Source: Candidatus Latescibacterota bacterium (GTDB lineage: Bacteria > Latescibacterota > UBA2968 > UBA8231). From it: DNA of 64,000 nt. The stretch lies in assembly GCA_963422735.1 (NCBI GenBank), contig OY730476.1, positions 3,520,001-3,584,000 on the forward strand, given 5' to 3'. Below, one piece after another: positions 19,456 to 28,513 of this stretch. The notes beneath the pieces were generated by a model. The model did no database searches. It saw only the letters and a list, made by a program, of their open reading frames with translations, and had not been told where the DNA came from. The position numbers and the translations under genes were made by a program. The stretch's first letter is position 1. Each line of letters starts with the position of its first letter.

Positions 19456-20460
19456 TTACTTTGTAAGACGCCCCGGCCAGAAGAAGCCAAACCCCCAGCA
19501 CAGATGCATGACTGCCAGAACTAGCGGAAGCAGTGCGGCCGCCGAGTCACCCCGCCGACATCCCACGATCGCAGACCCAACCACGAGCATCGGAACGTAA
19601 GCAGACAGCAGTGCGGCCAGCAGCCACGGGAAGCCGACCGCCGCCAGCACCGCCCCGGCCGTTAGACCCAGCGCCAGACCGGGAGCGGCAAGCTGTCGGG
19701 GTTGAACCGACCCCGGATGCTTCATAAGCACCACCGACTTCCATCGACCATAATCGAAGTACTGCCGCGCCAGCGCCCAGAGCCTGCCTCGGGGCCTGTA
19801 ATTCACCACCAGTTCGGGGTCGAACCATATAGTCTTCCCGCGCTTTCGCAGTCGGTAGTTGAGTTCGTAGTCCTGGTTTCGGGTCAGGGTGACGTCATAG
19901 CCCCCTATCTCGTCCAGCGTCTCCCGTCGGAACGAACCGAGGAATGCAGTATCGCTGGGTCCCTCCTCTCCCCCTAGACGATGGCGAGAATTGCCCACCC
20001 CCAGCGGCGTGGTCATGGCTATTGCCACGGTCCGCTCGAAAAAGGTGATTCCCACCGCTTGCTGACGGCCGCCCACATTCGCGGCCCCGGTTCGCTCCAG
20101 CGTTTCTACAGCGCGGCCCACGTACTCGGGCGGAAACACCGTATGCGCGTCACATCGCACCACGATGTCTCCGGTCGCCACCCGAAACCCGGCGTTGCAT
20201 CCGTAGCCGAGCGTTTTTTCCGGGTTGGGAATCAACTTCACTTGCGGGTAAGAGCGGCGGATAAGATCGGACATGGCGGGGGTATCGGAGCCATCGGCGA
20301 CTATGATCTCTATCCCTCCGGCATAGTCTTGGGACAACAGCCCATCGAGCGCGGAGGCGATAGTCGCTTCCGAGTTGCGGGCTGGAATGATGACCGATAC
20401 GCTGGGGAGATGAGAGGAGGAGCCACCAGATATCGAGGTCTGTCGATTCGAAGTGCTCAT
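19456..20460 (-). CDS. Glycosyltransferase family 2 (ExoA-like)
   Basis: VSVIIPARN, IIVADG, RCDAH, RNQDYELNYRLR, QYFDYGRW; C-terminal TMs. Confidence 0.9.
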   Translation of the reverse strand: MSTSNRQTSISGGSSSHLPSVSVIIPARNSEATIASALDGLLSQDYAGGIEIIVADGSDTPAMSDLIRRSYPQVKLIPNPEKTLGYGCNAGFRVATGDIVVRCDAHTVFPPEYVGRAVETLERTGAANVGGRQQAVGITFFERTVAIAMTTPLGVGNSRHRLGGEEGPSDTAFLGSFRRETLDEIGGYDVTLTRNQDYELNYRLRKRGKTIWFDPELVVNYRPRGRLWALARQYFDYGRWKSVVLMKHPGSVQPRQLAAPGLALGLTAGAVLAAVGFPWLLAALLSAYVPMLVVGSAIVGCRRGDSAAALLPLVLAVMHLCWGFGFFWPGRLTK

Positions 20461-20544
20461 GTATTATCCTATCTTATGCACCTGTTCCCGCTTGCGAAAG
20501 GACAAGTGGGGGCATGACGGGGCTGGTCGGGTTCGTTGCTCGTT

Positions 20545-23500
20545 TCATCGGCCAGGTTTACGCGGGGCTAGGGACAGACGTTGCGCGGAAGGTTCGCCAC
20601 CCGCACCCTCAGACCCCAGCGCACAGCTCAGGCCGGCCAGAAACATGAACGCCCCGAAGGTGAGCAGATCATGATAGTTTACGCCAAACAAGGCCATGAT
20701 CACCGCCCAGCCGACGGCGACATCTCGCGCTAGGGAGCGCGGCGCGGTCCAGCGCAGTCGGAGTAAAAAGAAAAGAAACAGGCAGTAGAGCACCAACGGC
20801 GCAATGCCGGCTTCGCCGAGCAGCATCAGGTACAGATTGTGGATGCCCTCCGGGGATCCCTGCGCATTCTTCAGGTTGCCGGCGAGGCTCTGAGCCGTCG
20901 CCAGACCGCTGCCGACGAAAGGCGATTCTAGCCCCTCTTCGAGGTACTCCTTCCAAATGGAAAAGCGACGAGATGTCAGCACGGCGGTCTGGAGGCTGAA
21001 GTTGTTGCCGGTGAGGCGCAGCGCGAGGTCCTCGCGTATCAGCTCGGGCGGAAAGGGGTCGGTCAGCAGGTTGCTTTCAAGTGCCAGCGTGTTCAGATTG
21101 ACCAGTCTGTCTAGCTCCGGCGGGACGGTGCCGGTGAGTTGGTTTCGGCTCAGGCGCAGCGTGACGAGCTGATCCAAACCGCCGAATTCCGGGGGAATGC
21201 GGCCGTTTAGTCCCTGCTCCGCCAAGTCCAACCTGACCACCTGCCCTGTGCCGCCCACAGTGACGCCCTGCCAGAAGCCGATGGGAACGTACACGCTCCA
21301 GTTGAGGGGCTGGTCGCCGGCTATGATGTCTCTGGCCGTTAGCAAAATCTCGCAGTCGGCCAGCAGGCCCGAGCTAATGGTCGTATGCGAGTCCAGACAC
21401 AACGTTTCGTTTGTCAGGTCTTGGCCGGCAATGCCGAACAGCGCCAACGGAGAGGGGCCAGTCAGGTCGTTGTCCGCCAGCCACAATCCTTGGAGCTTCT
21501 CCAGCTTGCCCAGCTCGGGCGGGATGGTGCCGCTCAGGGCGTTGGTAGTGAGCGACAGTACCTGCAAGTTGGCCAGCTTGCCCAGTTCGGGCGGAATCGG
21601 ACCGGTCAGCCAATTGTTAGCTAGGCGCAGTAGGACAAGCTGGTCGAGGTCGCCAAGCTGCGGGGGAATGCGGCCGTTCAAGTCCATCCCCGGCAGGTTC
21701 AGCGCGACCACCCGTTCTGATGGGCTGCCCACGATGACGCCTTGCCAAGAACCAATGGGAATATCCTCGCTCCAGTTGAGGGACTGGTCGCCAGCCAAGG
21801 CGTCTCTGGCCGCCAGCAGCACATTGCAATCGGCTAGCAAGCCCGTATTGACCTGCCCTACCTGACAGAACGTACCGCGGGCGAAGTCGGATTTGACAAA
21901 CTCCACCCCTGTCAGCGAGCTGCGATGGGGATCTCCAGTTATGAGGCCGAAGGCCTGCCCCCCGAAGGCTTCTAGCTTGGGCGGAACGGAGCCGGTCAGG
22001 CGGTTTTCCGCCAACCACAAGTCCGTGAGCTTCTCCAGCTTGTCCAGTTCGGGCGGGATGGTGCCGCTCAGGACGTTGGCACCGAGCGACAGCACCTGCA
22101 AGTTGGCCAGCTTGCCCAGTTCGGGCGGAATCGGACCGGTCAGCCGATTGGTGGCCAATAACAGCAGGGTGAGTTGGTCGAGGTCGCCAAGCTGCGGGGG
22201 AATGCGGCCATTCAAGCCCATCCCCGGCAAGCCCAGACCGACCACCCGGACCGGGGGTACATTGCCCACGATGACGCCCTGCCAGAAGCCAATAGGGATA
22301 TCCTCGCTCCAGTTGAGGGGCTGGTCGCCAGCCAAGGCGTCTCTGGCCGCCAGTAGCACATTGCAATCGGCGAGCAAGCCCGTATTGACCTGTCCTACCT
22401 GGCAAAACAGGTTTTCGGCAGAGACGACTTCGATATTAGCAGACGCGGGCAGGGGAATCCGGAGCCGCTCGGCACCAGCGGCGACATCGACTTCAGTCGG
22501 TTCCCGCAGGGGAATATAGGGCTGCTTGGCAACAACGGTGGCATCGACTAAGGGGGCAAATTTTTCCAGCGCGGGCGGGAGAGTTCCGGTCAGGTAATTG
22601 TTCGCCAGCCACAGGTTTTTGAGGTTTTTCAGGTTGGCTAACTCGGGCGGGAGAGTTCCGGTCAAGTGATTGTTGGTCAGGCGCAGCGTTGCGAGTTGGT
22701 CGAGGTCGCCAAGCTGCGGGGGAATGCGGCCGTTCAAGCCCATCCCCGGCAGGCTCAGCTCGGTCACCCGCCCCTGCGGACCGTCCACGCGAACACCCTG
22801 CCAGACGTCGATGGGAACGACTCTGCTCCAGTTGAGGGGCGCGTCGCCGGCTAGGGTGTCTCTGGCCCCCAGCAGAATCTCACAGTCGGCCAGCAGACCC
22901 GGGCTGGTCTGCGGCAGCGGCAGGCAGAACTCGAAGCGGTTCAGGTCGCGACCCAGGGTCAGATCGCGCAGCGGCCACAAGCCACTGGCTACGGTCGCGT
23001 ACCAGGCAGAGCCGACTAGGCCCATAGCAACCGAACCGAGGAAAAAGAGGTTCCATTTGCGCCCGCCATTGCACAGCGGTAGGAAAACCAGAATCCCGCA
23101 CACCACCAAGAGGGCGGTTCTGGAAAACGACACCATGGCCGCGACACAGCCCACGGCCAAGCCAAAATAGCCGAACCTGCCCTGCCTGCTGTGCGCCAGC
23201 AGTGCCAGCACCAGCACCACTGTCATGCAGCCTATGAAGCCCGCGTCATTCGGGTCGGTGAAGGCGCCGCTCAAGCGAAAGGGCAGTCTGAAGGTCAGCA
23301 GTATGTCCCAATAACGCAGCAGCGGCGTGGCCAGCACGACGAGACAGCTTGCGAGCAGGATCGCCAGCACCCCCTTGAGCAAGGACTCGGCTCCGGTTCG
23401 CGCCAGAATCATGCGGCCGCCGAGCAGGGCCGCCAGCAGCACGAGGAGGAAGAAGATTTGGCGCAGGATGTCTTTGCCCGTAGCCAGCCGCCATTGCGCG

Positions 23501-23829
23501 TCCGTGATGAATAAGGCAGCGGTGCCGATGACCAGATAGGCCGCTATCGCGGCGCAGATCAATACGCCGGGCGTTTCCAGTATCTCCTGCCATCGGGTGC
23601 CGCTCAGACCCAGCAGGATCAGACAACAGACGAGCATGAAGCCGTAGCCGACCTCCCGCATCGCCGGCATCCCCCATAGATGCAGCCAGTGCAGATTGAC
23701 CAGAACGATGGCGGTTAGCCCCCAAAAAGCGTATGGGGCTAACCGGAGCCAGGGAGGCTCGGGGTGCCGCCCCGACGATCCGGCACCCCGGATCCTGAAG
23801 CGTTTCTCTTTCGGTCGGTCGGGTGTCAT
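20545..23829 (-). CDS. O-antigen ligase/polymerase (Wzy_C) with four inserted plant-type LRR modules
   Basis: N-terminal TM region with RLSGAFTDPNDAG and SFSRTA. Four C..GLLADC..LL.ARD.LAG...LNW...WQGV caps, each followed by LxLxxNxLTGxIPPELG repeats. C-terminal R..IW...PFVGSG...HNLYLMLLGEAG plus TMs. Confidence 0.85.
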   Translation of the reverse strand: MTPDRPKEKRFRIRGAGSSGRHPEPPWLRLAPYAFWGLTAIVLVNLHWLHLWGMPAMREVGYGFMLVCCLILLGLSGTRWQEILETPGVLICAAIAAYLVIGTAALFITDAQWRLATGKDILRQIFFLLVLLAALLGGRMILARTGAESLLKGVLAILLASCLVVLATPLLRYWDILLTFRLPFRLSGAFTDPNDAGFIGCMTVVLVLALLAHSRQGRFGYFGLAVGCVAAMVSFSRTALLVVCGILVFLPLCNGGRKWNLFFLGSVAMGLVGSAWYATVASGLWPLRDLTLGRDLNRFEFCLPLPQTSPGLLADCEILLGARDTLAGDAPLNWSRVVPIDVWQGVRVDGPQGRVTELSLPGMGLNGRIPPQLGDLDQLATLRLTNNHLTGTLPPELANLKNLKNLWLANNYLTGTLPPALEKFAPLVDATVVAKQPYIPLREPTEVDVAAGAERLRIPLPASANIEVVSAENLFCQVGQVNTGLLADCNVLLAARDALAGDQPLNWSEDIPIGFWQGVIVGNVPPVRVVGLGLPGMGLNGRIPPQLGDLDQLTLLLLATNRLTGPIPPELGKLANLQVLSLGANVLSGTIPPELDKLEKLTDLWLAENRLTGSVPPKLEAFGGQAFGLITGDPHRSSLTGVEFVKSDFARGTFCQVGQVNTGLLADCNVLLAARDALAGDQSLNWSEDIPIGSWQGVIVGSPSERVVALNLPGMDLNGRIPPQLGDLDQLVLLRLANNWLTGPIPPELGKLANLQVLSLTTNALSGTIPPELGKLEKLQGLWLADNDLTGPSPLALFGIAGQDLTNETLCLDSHTTISSGLLADCEILLTARDIIAGDQPLNWSVYVPIGFWQGVTVGGTGQVVRLDLAEQGLNGRIPPEFGGLDQLVTLRLSRNQLTGTVPPELDRLVNLNTLALESNLLTDPFPPELIREDLALRLTGNNFSLQTAVLTSRRFSIWKEYLEEGLESPFVGSGLATAQSLAGNLKNAQGSPEGIHNLYLMLLGEAGIAPLVLYCLFLFFLLRLRWTAPRSLARDVAVGWAVIMALFGVNYHDLLTFGAFMFLAGLSCALGSEGAGGEPSAQRLSLAPRKPGR
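21480..22405 (-). repeat. Near-identical LRR module duplication (modules 2 and 3)
   Basis: ~22020-22405 and ~21480-21868 share long identical DNA tracts, e.g. CCTGCAAGTTGGCCAGCTTGCCCAGTTCGGGCGGAATCGGACCGGTCAGCC. Confidence 0.85.
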
Positions 23830-24005
23830 CCGGATGAACCCGGGGCGGAGATCGTCTTCACGGGGCAGCGAAGATGTTCAACAAAATTGTGCAGCGTCAG
23901 GACGAATCCTCCCATCCCCTATCTTGTAGTTAGAAGCCTTTCTTTGCTTGCATGGGCGAGCCTATTTCTCCGCAATCAGTCTGATGTTCAGAAGCATCGG
24001 ACCTA

Positions 24006-24815
24006 TTAGCAAGTGGCGCTGGCGCGCCAGCCAATGATCGAGGCGACCGGGCAAGTCCCGATAGCGTTTTCCACGCTCCGCACCAGGCCTACTCGGCAAC
24101 GAAAGTGCCATCGGGGAATCCCGACCACGGCGCGGAGGCGTCGGAAACCGATGTCGCGGAACATGGTCTCCACCTCGCCGTAGGTGTACTCTTTCAAGTG
24201 AAATCCGGTCGCAATGGTATCGAAGTATCGTGAAACGTCACAGGGACCGCGGAGCCGATTCGGCGTACTACAGAAATAGTGCCCGCCAGGCTTGAGCACC
24301 TTGTAAACATTGTGAAAGTGTTCTACGGAGTCGTCGGGATGCAAATGCTCCAGAAGCTGATCGCTGAAGGCAAGGTCGATGGTCTTCGGCGGAACCGGGA
24401 TGCTGACGCCATCCGAGAGCACGAATTTCAGATTCCCCTCCGGGGCCGCGCGTGATCTCAAAGCAAAGGTCACATCAACGGCATAGACCTGCCTGACGCG
24501 GTTCGCAACGCGCCGGCTCAGGGCACCTCCACCCGCCCCGATTTCCAAGAAGGTCATATCGGGCCCAAGCATGGGTTCGAGCCAGCGCATTTGCCCAAGC
24601 ACGTTCCGGCGCTCCACGTCCGGGTTGTCCCGCTCCAGGACCTGGGGATGATCGGGAACACGGGCAAATAGCTCATCGTACACGGCTGAATAGAGCACCC
24701 GCCGTTCCGGCTTGCTCGCGTTCTTAAGTTTGGTGGCAAGCACTTTTTCGATCTCATAGTGCTCACGGATGTGGTCCTTTGATCGTTTCTTGGTAAAATA
24801 GTTAGGGAATATCAT
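24006..24815 (-). CDS. Class I SAM-dependent methyltransferase
   Basis: FLEIGAGGG motif I, VYAVD, LLEHL, VLKPGG...STPN. Confidence 0.88.
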   Translation of the reverse strand: MIFPNYFTKKRSKDHIREHYEIEKVLATKLKNASKPERRVLYSAVYDELFARVPDHPQVLERDNPDVERRNVLGQMRWLEPMLGPDMTFLEIGAGGGALSRRVANRVRQVYAVDVTFALRSRAAPEGNLKFVLSDGVSIPVPPKTIDLAFSDQLLEHLHPDDSVEHFHNVYKVLKPGGHYFCSTPNRLRGPCDVSRYFDTIATGFHLKEYTYGEVETMFRDIGFRRLRAVVGIPRWHFRCRVGLVRSVENAIGTCPVASIIGWRASATC

Positions 24816-24845
24816 TTAGTCGCTCGGTGCGGAGTCCGTATTCAC

Positions 24846-25925
24846 TCACAGGCCGCGCAGGTCCTCGGCCACGCTGTCGTACCAGTGTGCGCTGCGGAAG
24901 CGATCCCCCCGCCGTTTGGCGCCCTCGCACAACCGCCGGTACAGCTCGGGGTCCGCCATCAGCCGCTCGATGGCAGACTTGAGCTCAGCGGCGGAACGGG
25001 GTTCCACAATCAGCCCGCTTTTCTCATGTTCGACCAGCTCGGGAACGCCGCCCCACCGGGCCGCGACGACGGGCAGACCGCACTGAAAGGCTTCCAGAAT
25101 GCTACCGGGATAGCCTTCCCGTCCGCGATAGCTGGGAAACAGCATCAGGTCATGTTCGCTGAGGACCCGTGGCACTTCTGTCGGCTCCAGCACGCCGCCA
25201 TAGGTCGCCCGGGGGTGGCCGTCGAATCCGGAGAGGTCCGTGTCGGACGTACAAGGGCCAAACACATTGAGATGACAATTGTCAGGCAAATGACGGCACG
25301 CCTCCAATGCTTCTGCCAGCCCCTTGTCCATGTGCAGTTGGGCGATAAAGACAAGCCTATTGACTTTCTCACGCCTGACGCAGCTAGGCCCTTCTATATC
25401 TCTCGTATTGGGGAACCAGCGAAAATTGGTCCTGTCGCCGAAGCTGCGGTGCGACTGCTGAGTTTCCACATACACCAAAGCGGAGCGCATGTAGGTCCGG
25501 TCCGCCACCCAGTGCGCCAAAGCCCCATATCCTTGGTAGGTCGCCCCAAAGCCGGACCCGGAAATCCGCAGCACCAAGGGGCGGCGCACCGTTTTGCAGA
25601 TGACCCAGAAAAACGACGCCAGCCCTATCGCCGAATAGGGCGCGATTACCAACATGACCACTTGGGAGTGGCGGAGCTTCTTAGCGGCCCTCCAGACCAC
25701 CCGTAGGAACCTAGTCAAGCGAATGGCCCGGATTTTCCAGGCGGAGAGGTTCGTCACGTGGCCCGAAGTGTCAACGATCTCCAAGTTGAAATCCCGCTGC
25801 CCTAGCTCCCGGAGGAGTTCATTGGCCATCACCTTGTTGCCCCCGATGATGTTGGTATCGGAGTGTCCAGATCTGTGCAGCGGGGCGATGAGCAGGATGG
25901 TCGGTTTTCGATTCTCTTTGGCCAT
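24846..25925 (-). CDS. Glycosyltransferase family 4
   Basis: KGL, FPS...EGYPGSILEAFQCGLPVVA..WGGVPELV. Confidence 0.9.
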   Translation of the reverse strand: MAKENRKPTILLIAPLHRSGHSDTNIIGGNKVMANELLRELGQRDFNLEIVDTSGHVTNLSAWKIRAIRLTRFLRVVWRAAKKLRHSQVVMLVIAPYSAIGLASFFWVICKTVRRPLVLRISGSGFGATYQGYGALAHWVADRTYMRSALVYVETQQSHRSFGDRTNFRWFPNTRDIEGPSCVRREKVNRLVFIAQLHMDKGLAEALEACRHLPDNCHLNVFGPCTSDTDLSGFDGHPRATYGGVLEPTEVPRVLSEHDLMLFPSYRGREGYPGSILEAFQCGLPVVAARWGGVPELVEHEKSGLIVEPRSAAELKSAIERLMADPELYRRLCEGAKRRGDRFRSAHWYDSVAEDLRGL

Positions 25926-26044
25926 GCTCCAAGTTCCTAAGCTCAGTTCTTTCCTATGTGATTAACTGACGTTACAGTAGTTTGTCGCGGACGAACCAGT
26001 CCATGCGGGTGGTCCCAACCGGTGGCCCCCCGGCTGGATGTCAC

Positions 26045-26148
26045 GCCTAAACCAAATCTACCAAGCCCTGCATCCGTTCATACATTCGACTAGCTGACGC
26101 CGAACATGCCGCCAGCACGACGGCCAGCAGCACCCAGCAACCGCCAAA
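26045..26148 (-). pseudogene. Remnant of O-antigen ligase paralog (second fragment)
   Basis: CCAAGCCCTGCATCCGTTCATA is identical to ~17458-17479. Encodes VLLAVVLAAC/FGVS*/YERMQGLVD with frameshifts. Confidence 0.75.
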
Positions 26149-26653
26149 GTACCGGCGTCTTACGTGTGCTCCGACCGCATGGATTTTTCGGGGGGGGGTA
26201 TAAGTAATTATTTTTATTTAACTTATGGCGTTTTATTGGCTTGCCGCCGGCAGAGGCTTCATCGGCCTCGAGAATGCCGTGTAGCAACCTAGCCCCGGGC
26301 GGGGTACGGAGGCGATGCTGCATGGAAAGGGCTATCTGGTGGGGCAAATCAAGAAAGCGGGCAAGCTCGTAGCTGGAGAGACTTTTCTTGGCATTGACCA
26401 TCAACCCGATAGCCATAAGCCATTCTTGAAGGGGTGCCTTTGTTTTGCTTAGGACGGTACCAGATAGCACATTAAAACTTGACCGACAATCGCGGCAATT
26501 CCAACGGCCCACGCGGTTGCCATCTATCTTTCGCTCTACTTTCTCGCTTTCGCAATGCGGACAAGTAGTAATGCCACCCCAACGAATCTCTTCAAGATGG
26601 GCAATGCAAGCTTCTTGGCTGAGAAAGAGCGAAAAGATGGTACTCAAATTCAT
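26149..26653 (-). mobile_element. Truncated IS1595-family transposase
   Basis: CIAHLEEIRW...CPHC...WNCRDC..FNVLSGT zinc ribbon, HTH (LSSYELAR), GILEADE...GGK. The DDE C-terminal part is missing. Confidence 0.8.
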
Positions 26654-26714
26654 GGTTTAGCCCCCCCTGACTATAGGTATAAGATAACTCATAGCCTTCG
26701 GCAGTGTAAAGCCC

Positions 26715-26826
26715 ATAAGCTGCTATTCCGACCGCCAATGATCTCGATCCGTGTGCGCGAGTACAGTGCTTTGTCGGCCACGAAGAAAAAAATGGTTTCG
26801 GGCGTGACGAGGATCGGAGCGAATGC
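26715..26826 (-). pseudogene. Remnant of O-antigen ligase paralog (first fragment)
   Basis: FAPILVTPETIFFFVADKALYSRTRIEI matches FALILVTPFIVTPETIFPFVVGKALFSRTLIEI at ~17620-17730. Confidence 0.78.
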
Positions 26827-26980
26827 ATGAAGAGGGGCGTCCGAAAGCCCCTGAGCACATTCTTGCTTCAGTTCATCAAGCTCGAAACCCTGAAAACTAT
26901 CTAGTGCATATATTTTCCTCGGGATCCCGATCCTATCCACGTACCGGGCCATCATAATCGACGTTCCGCACCTCGCCGGG
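26827..26980 (-). pseudogene. TylF/MycF-like O-methyltransferase fragment
   Basis: ARCGTSIMMARY....PRKIYALDSFQGF resembles the TylF GxS...RxxxxFDSFxG motif. Fragment only. Confidence 0.5.
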
Positions 26981-27031
26981 CCGCCGATGTCGTCTCCTTG
27001 AATCCACTATCGACCCGTCCTTTAACCCCCA

Positions 27032-27700
27032 TCAGCTAGTCGCAGGAATCCAGACAGCCTCGTTGACCTGCCCGGTCTGCCCGGTATCCAGATAGGCGCG
27101 GATCGCGCTGGCCGAGCGGCGGATGGCGTCCATGATCGGCTCGGAGTAGGCGGCGAAGGCGGCGTGAGTAATTTCCCGCGGCCTCGTTTCGTCTGGGGCC
27201 TCCTTGTAGCGGGCTTGGCCCTCGATCGATTCGGTCCGTTTGCAGACTAAGGCGTCGAAGTCGTCGAGAGCGACTTCGACGAAGGCCCCCACTTCTTCGT
27301 TGAATACGGTTTCCCCCAGCGAGATAGGCCGCGTACAGAGGTAGAAAAACTGCATTGCGGAGTGCCCTATGTTCTGGAGCGGTTGCTGTCCGAGGAGGAC
27401 CAACTCGACGGGTGTCAGCGCGATGCCGACTTCCTCGGCGAATTCGCGCCGCGCTGCTGCTATGGGCGTTTCTCCGGCCCGTATGTGCCCGCCGGCCGGT
27501 GCGTCAAGGCTGCCGAGATAGGGGTCGCCGGGGCGCGAGCGAGCCTGGAGCAGGGTGTGGGCGGTGCCGGAGGATGTGCGCCAAGCCGCCCAGACGAAGG
27601 CCAATCCGACGCAGTTGCCATCGCGGTAGGCGGCGGTGCGTTCCTTAGTGCCTGTGGGACGGCCTTGACCATCGAAAAGCGCGATGAGTTCGTCGGGCAT
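27032..27700 (-). CDS. NUDIX hydrolase (IDI/YfcD-like)
   Basis: LDAPAGGHIRAGETPIAAARREFAEEVGI Nudix box. Confidence 0.85.
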   Translation of the reverse strand: MPDELIALFDGQGRPTGTKERTAAYRDGNCVGLAFVWAAWRTSSGTAHTLLQARSRPGDPYLGSLDAPAGGHIRAGETPIAAARREFAEEVGIALTPVELVLLGQQPLQNIGHSAMQFFYLCTRPISLGETVFNEEVGAFVEVALDDFDALVCKRTESIEGQARYKEAPDETRPREITHAAFAAYSEPIMDAIRRSASAIRAYLDTGQTGQVNEAVWIPATS

Positions 27701-27708
27701 GAAGCAGG

Positions 27709-28509
27709 CTACAGAAACACGGCGATAAACTGCAAGGCAAACGCGCCGACCGTGGCCAGCAGGCACAAACCACCGGCCAAATAAGCCCCCAAGCCCTCGC
27801 GCTCCGAGCTGCGGCTGAAAACATACGCCGCGGCGTAGCCACCGATGAAGCCGCCGCCGTGCGCCCAGTTATCAACGCCAGGCATTACAAAGCCCATGAT
27901 GAAAAGCAAGACCGCCCACTGGAGAAATTGCCGGGTAAAGAGCTGTGCCCCAGCGCGCCGACCGTAGGCAATGGCCGCGGCTAGGAGGCCGAAGATCGAG
28001 CCGGAGGCCCCCAGCGTGAGTTCGTGGCCTGCTAGCGTCGAGGCTACAAAGCCGGCGATGCCAGCGATCGTGAAAATCGCAAAGAGGCGGAAGGGGCCGA
28101 AGAGATCTTCTACAACCGGACCAAGCTGGCGCACCCACATCATGTTGAAGAAGATGTGCAGCAGGCTGCCGTGCAAGTAGATGGCGGTGATCGGAGTCCA
28201 CCAAAATTCATAGGAGAAGACGGGCACGGTGCCGGTGACGCCGAGTTTGAAGCTGGCTTGGATGCTCGGCGAGAGAATCTGCATCAGGCCCTGCGTCTGA
28301 AAAATCGCCGATGGATCTAAGGCCAACGCGACCAGGTAGAGTACGCCGCAGAACACGGTGATTAAGTGCGGGAAATTTAGCTGTAGGCCGAGCTTGCGCA
28401 TGGTGGCCGTCGCGCCCCACAACCCGGGTTTGCGCTGGCCGCAATGGGGGCAGGTTTCGGCGTCGGCATTGACGATTTTGTGGCAGCGAGGGCAGAGGAT
28501 GGCGGCCAT
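27709..28509 (-). CDS. Rhomboid intramembrane serine protease with N-terminal zinc ribbon
   Basis: CPRC...CPHC; HGSLLHIFFNM, GASG, AHGGG. Confidence 0.92.
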   Translation of the reverse strand: MAAILCPRCHKIVNADAETCPHCGQRKPGLWGATATMRKLGLQLNFPHLITVFCGVLYLVALALDPSAIFQTQGLMQILSPSIQASFKLGVTGTVPVFSYEFWWTPITAIYLHGSLLHIFFNMMWVRQLGPVVEDLFGPFRLFAIFTIAGIAGFVASTLAGHELTLGASGSIFGLLAAAIAYGRRAGAQLFTRQFLQWAVLLFIMGFVMPGVDNWAHGGGFIGGYAAAYVFSRSSEREGLGAYLAGGLCLLATVGAFALQFIAVFL

Positions 28510-28513
28510 CGTT

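Noticed and set aside
20997-22930. Repeats as a CRISPR array or DGR template/variable pair
   Set aside because: The repeats are in-frame coding LRR units, with no spacers, cas genes or reverse transcriptase.
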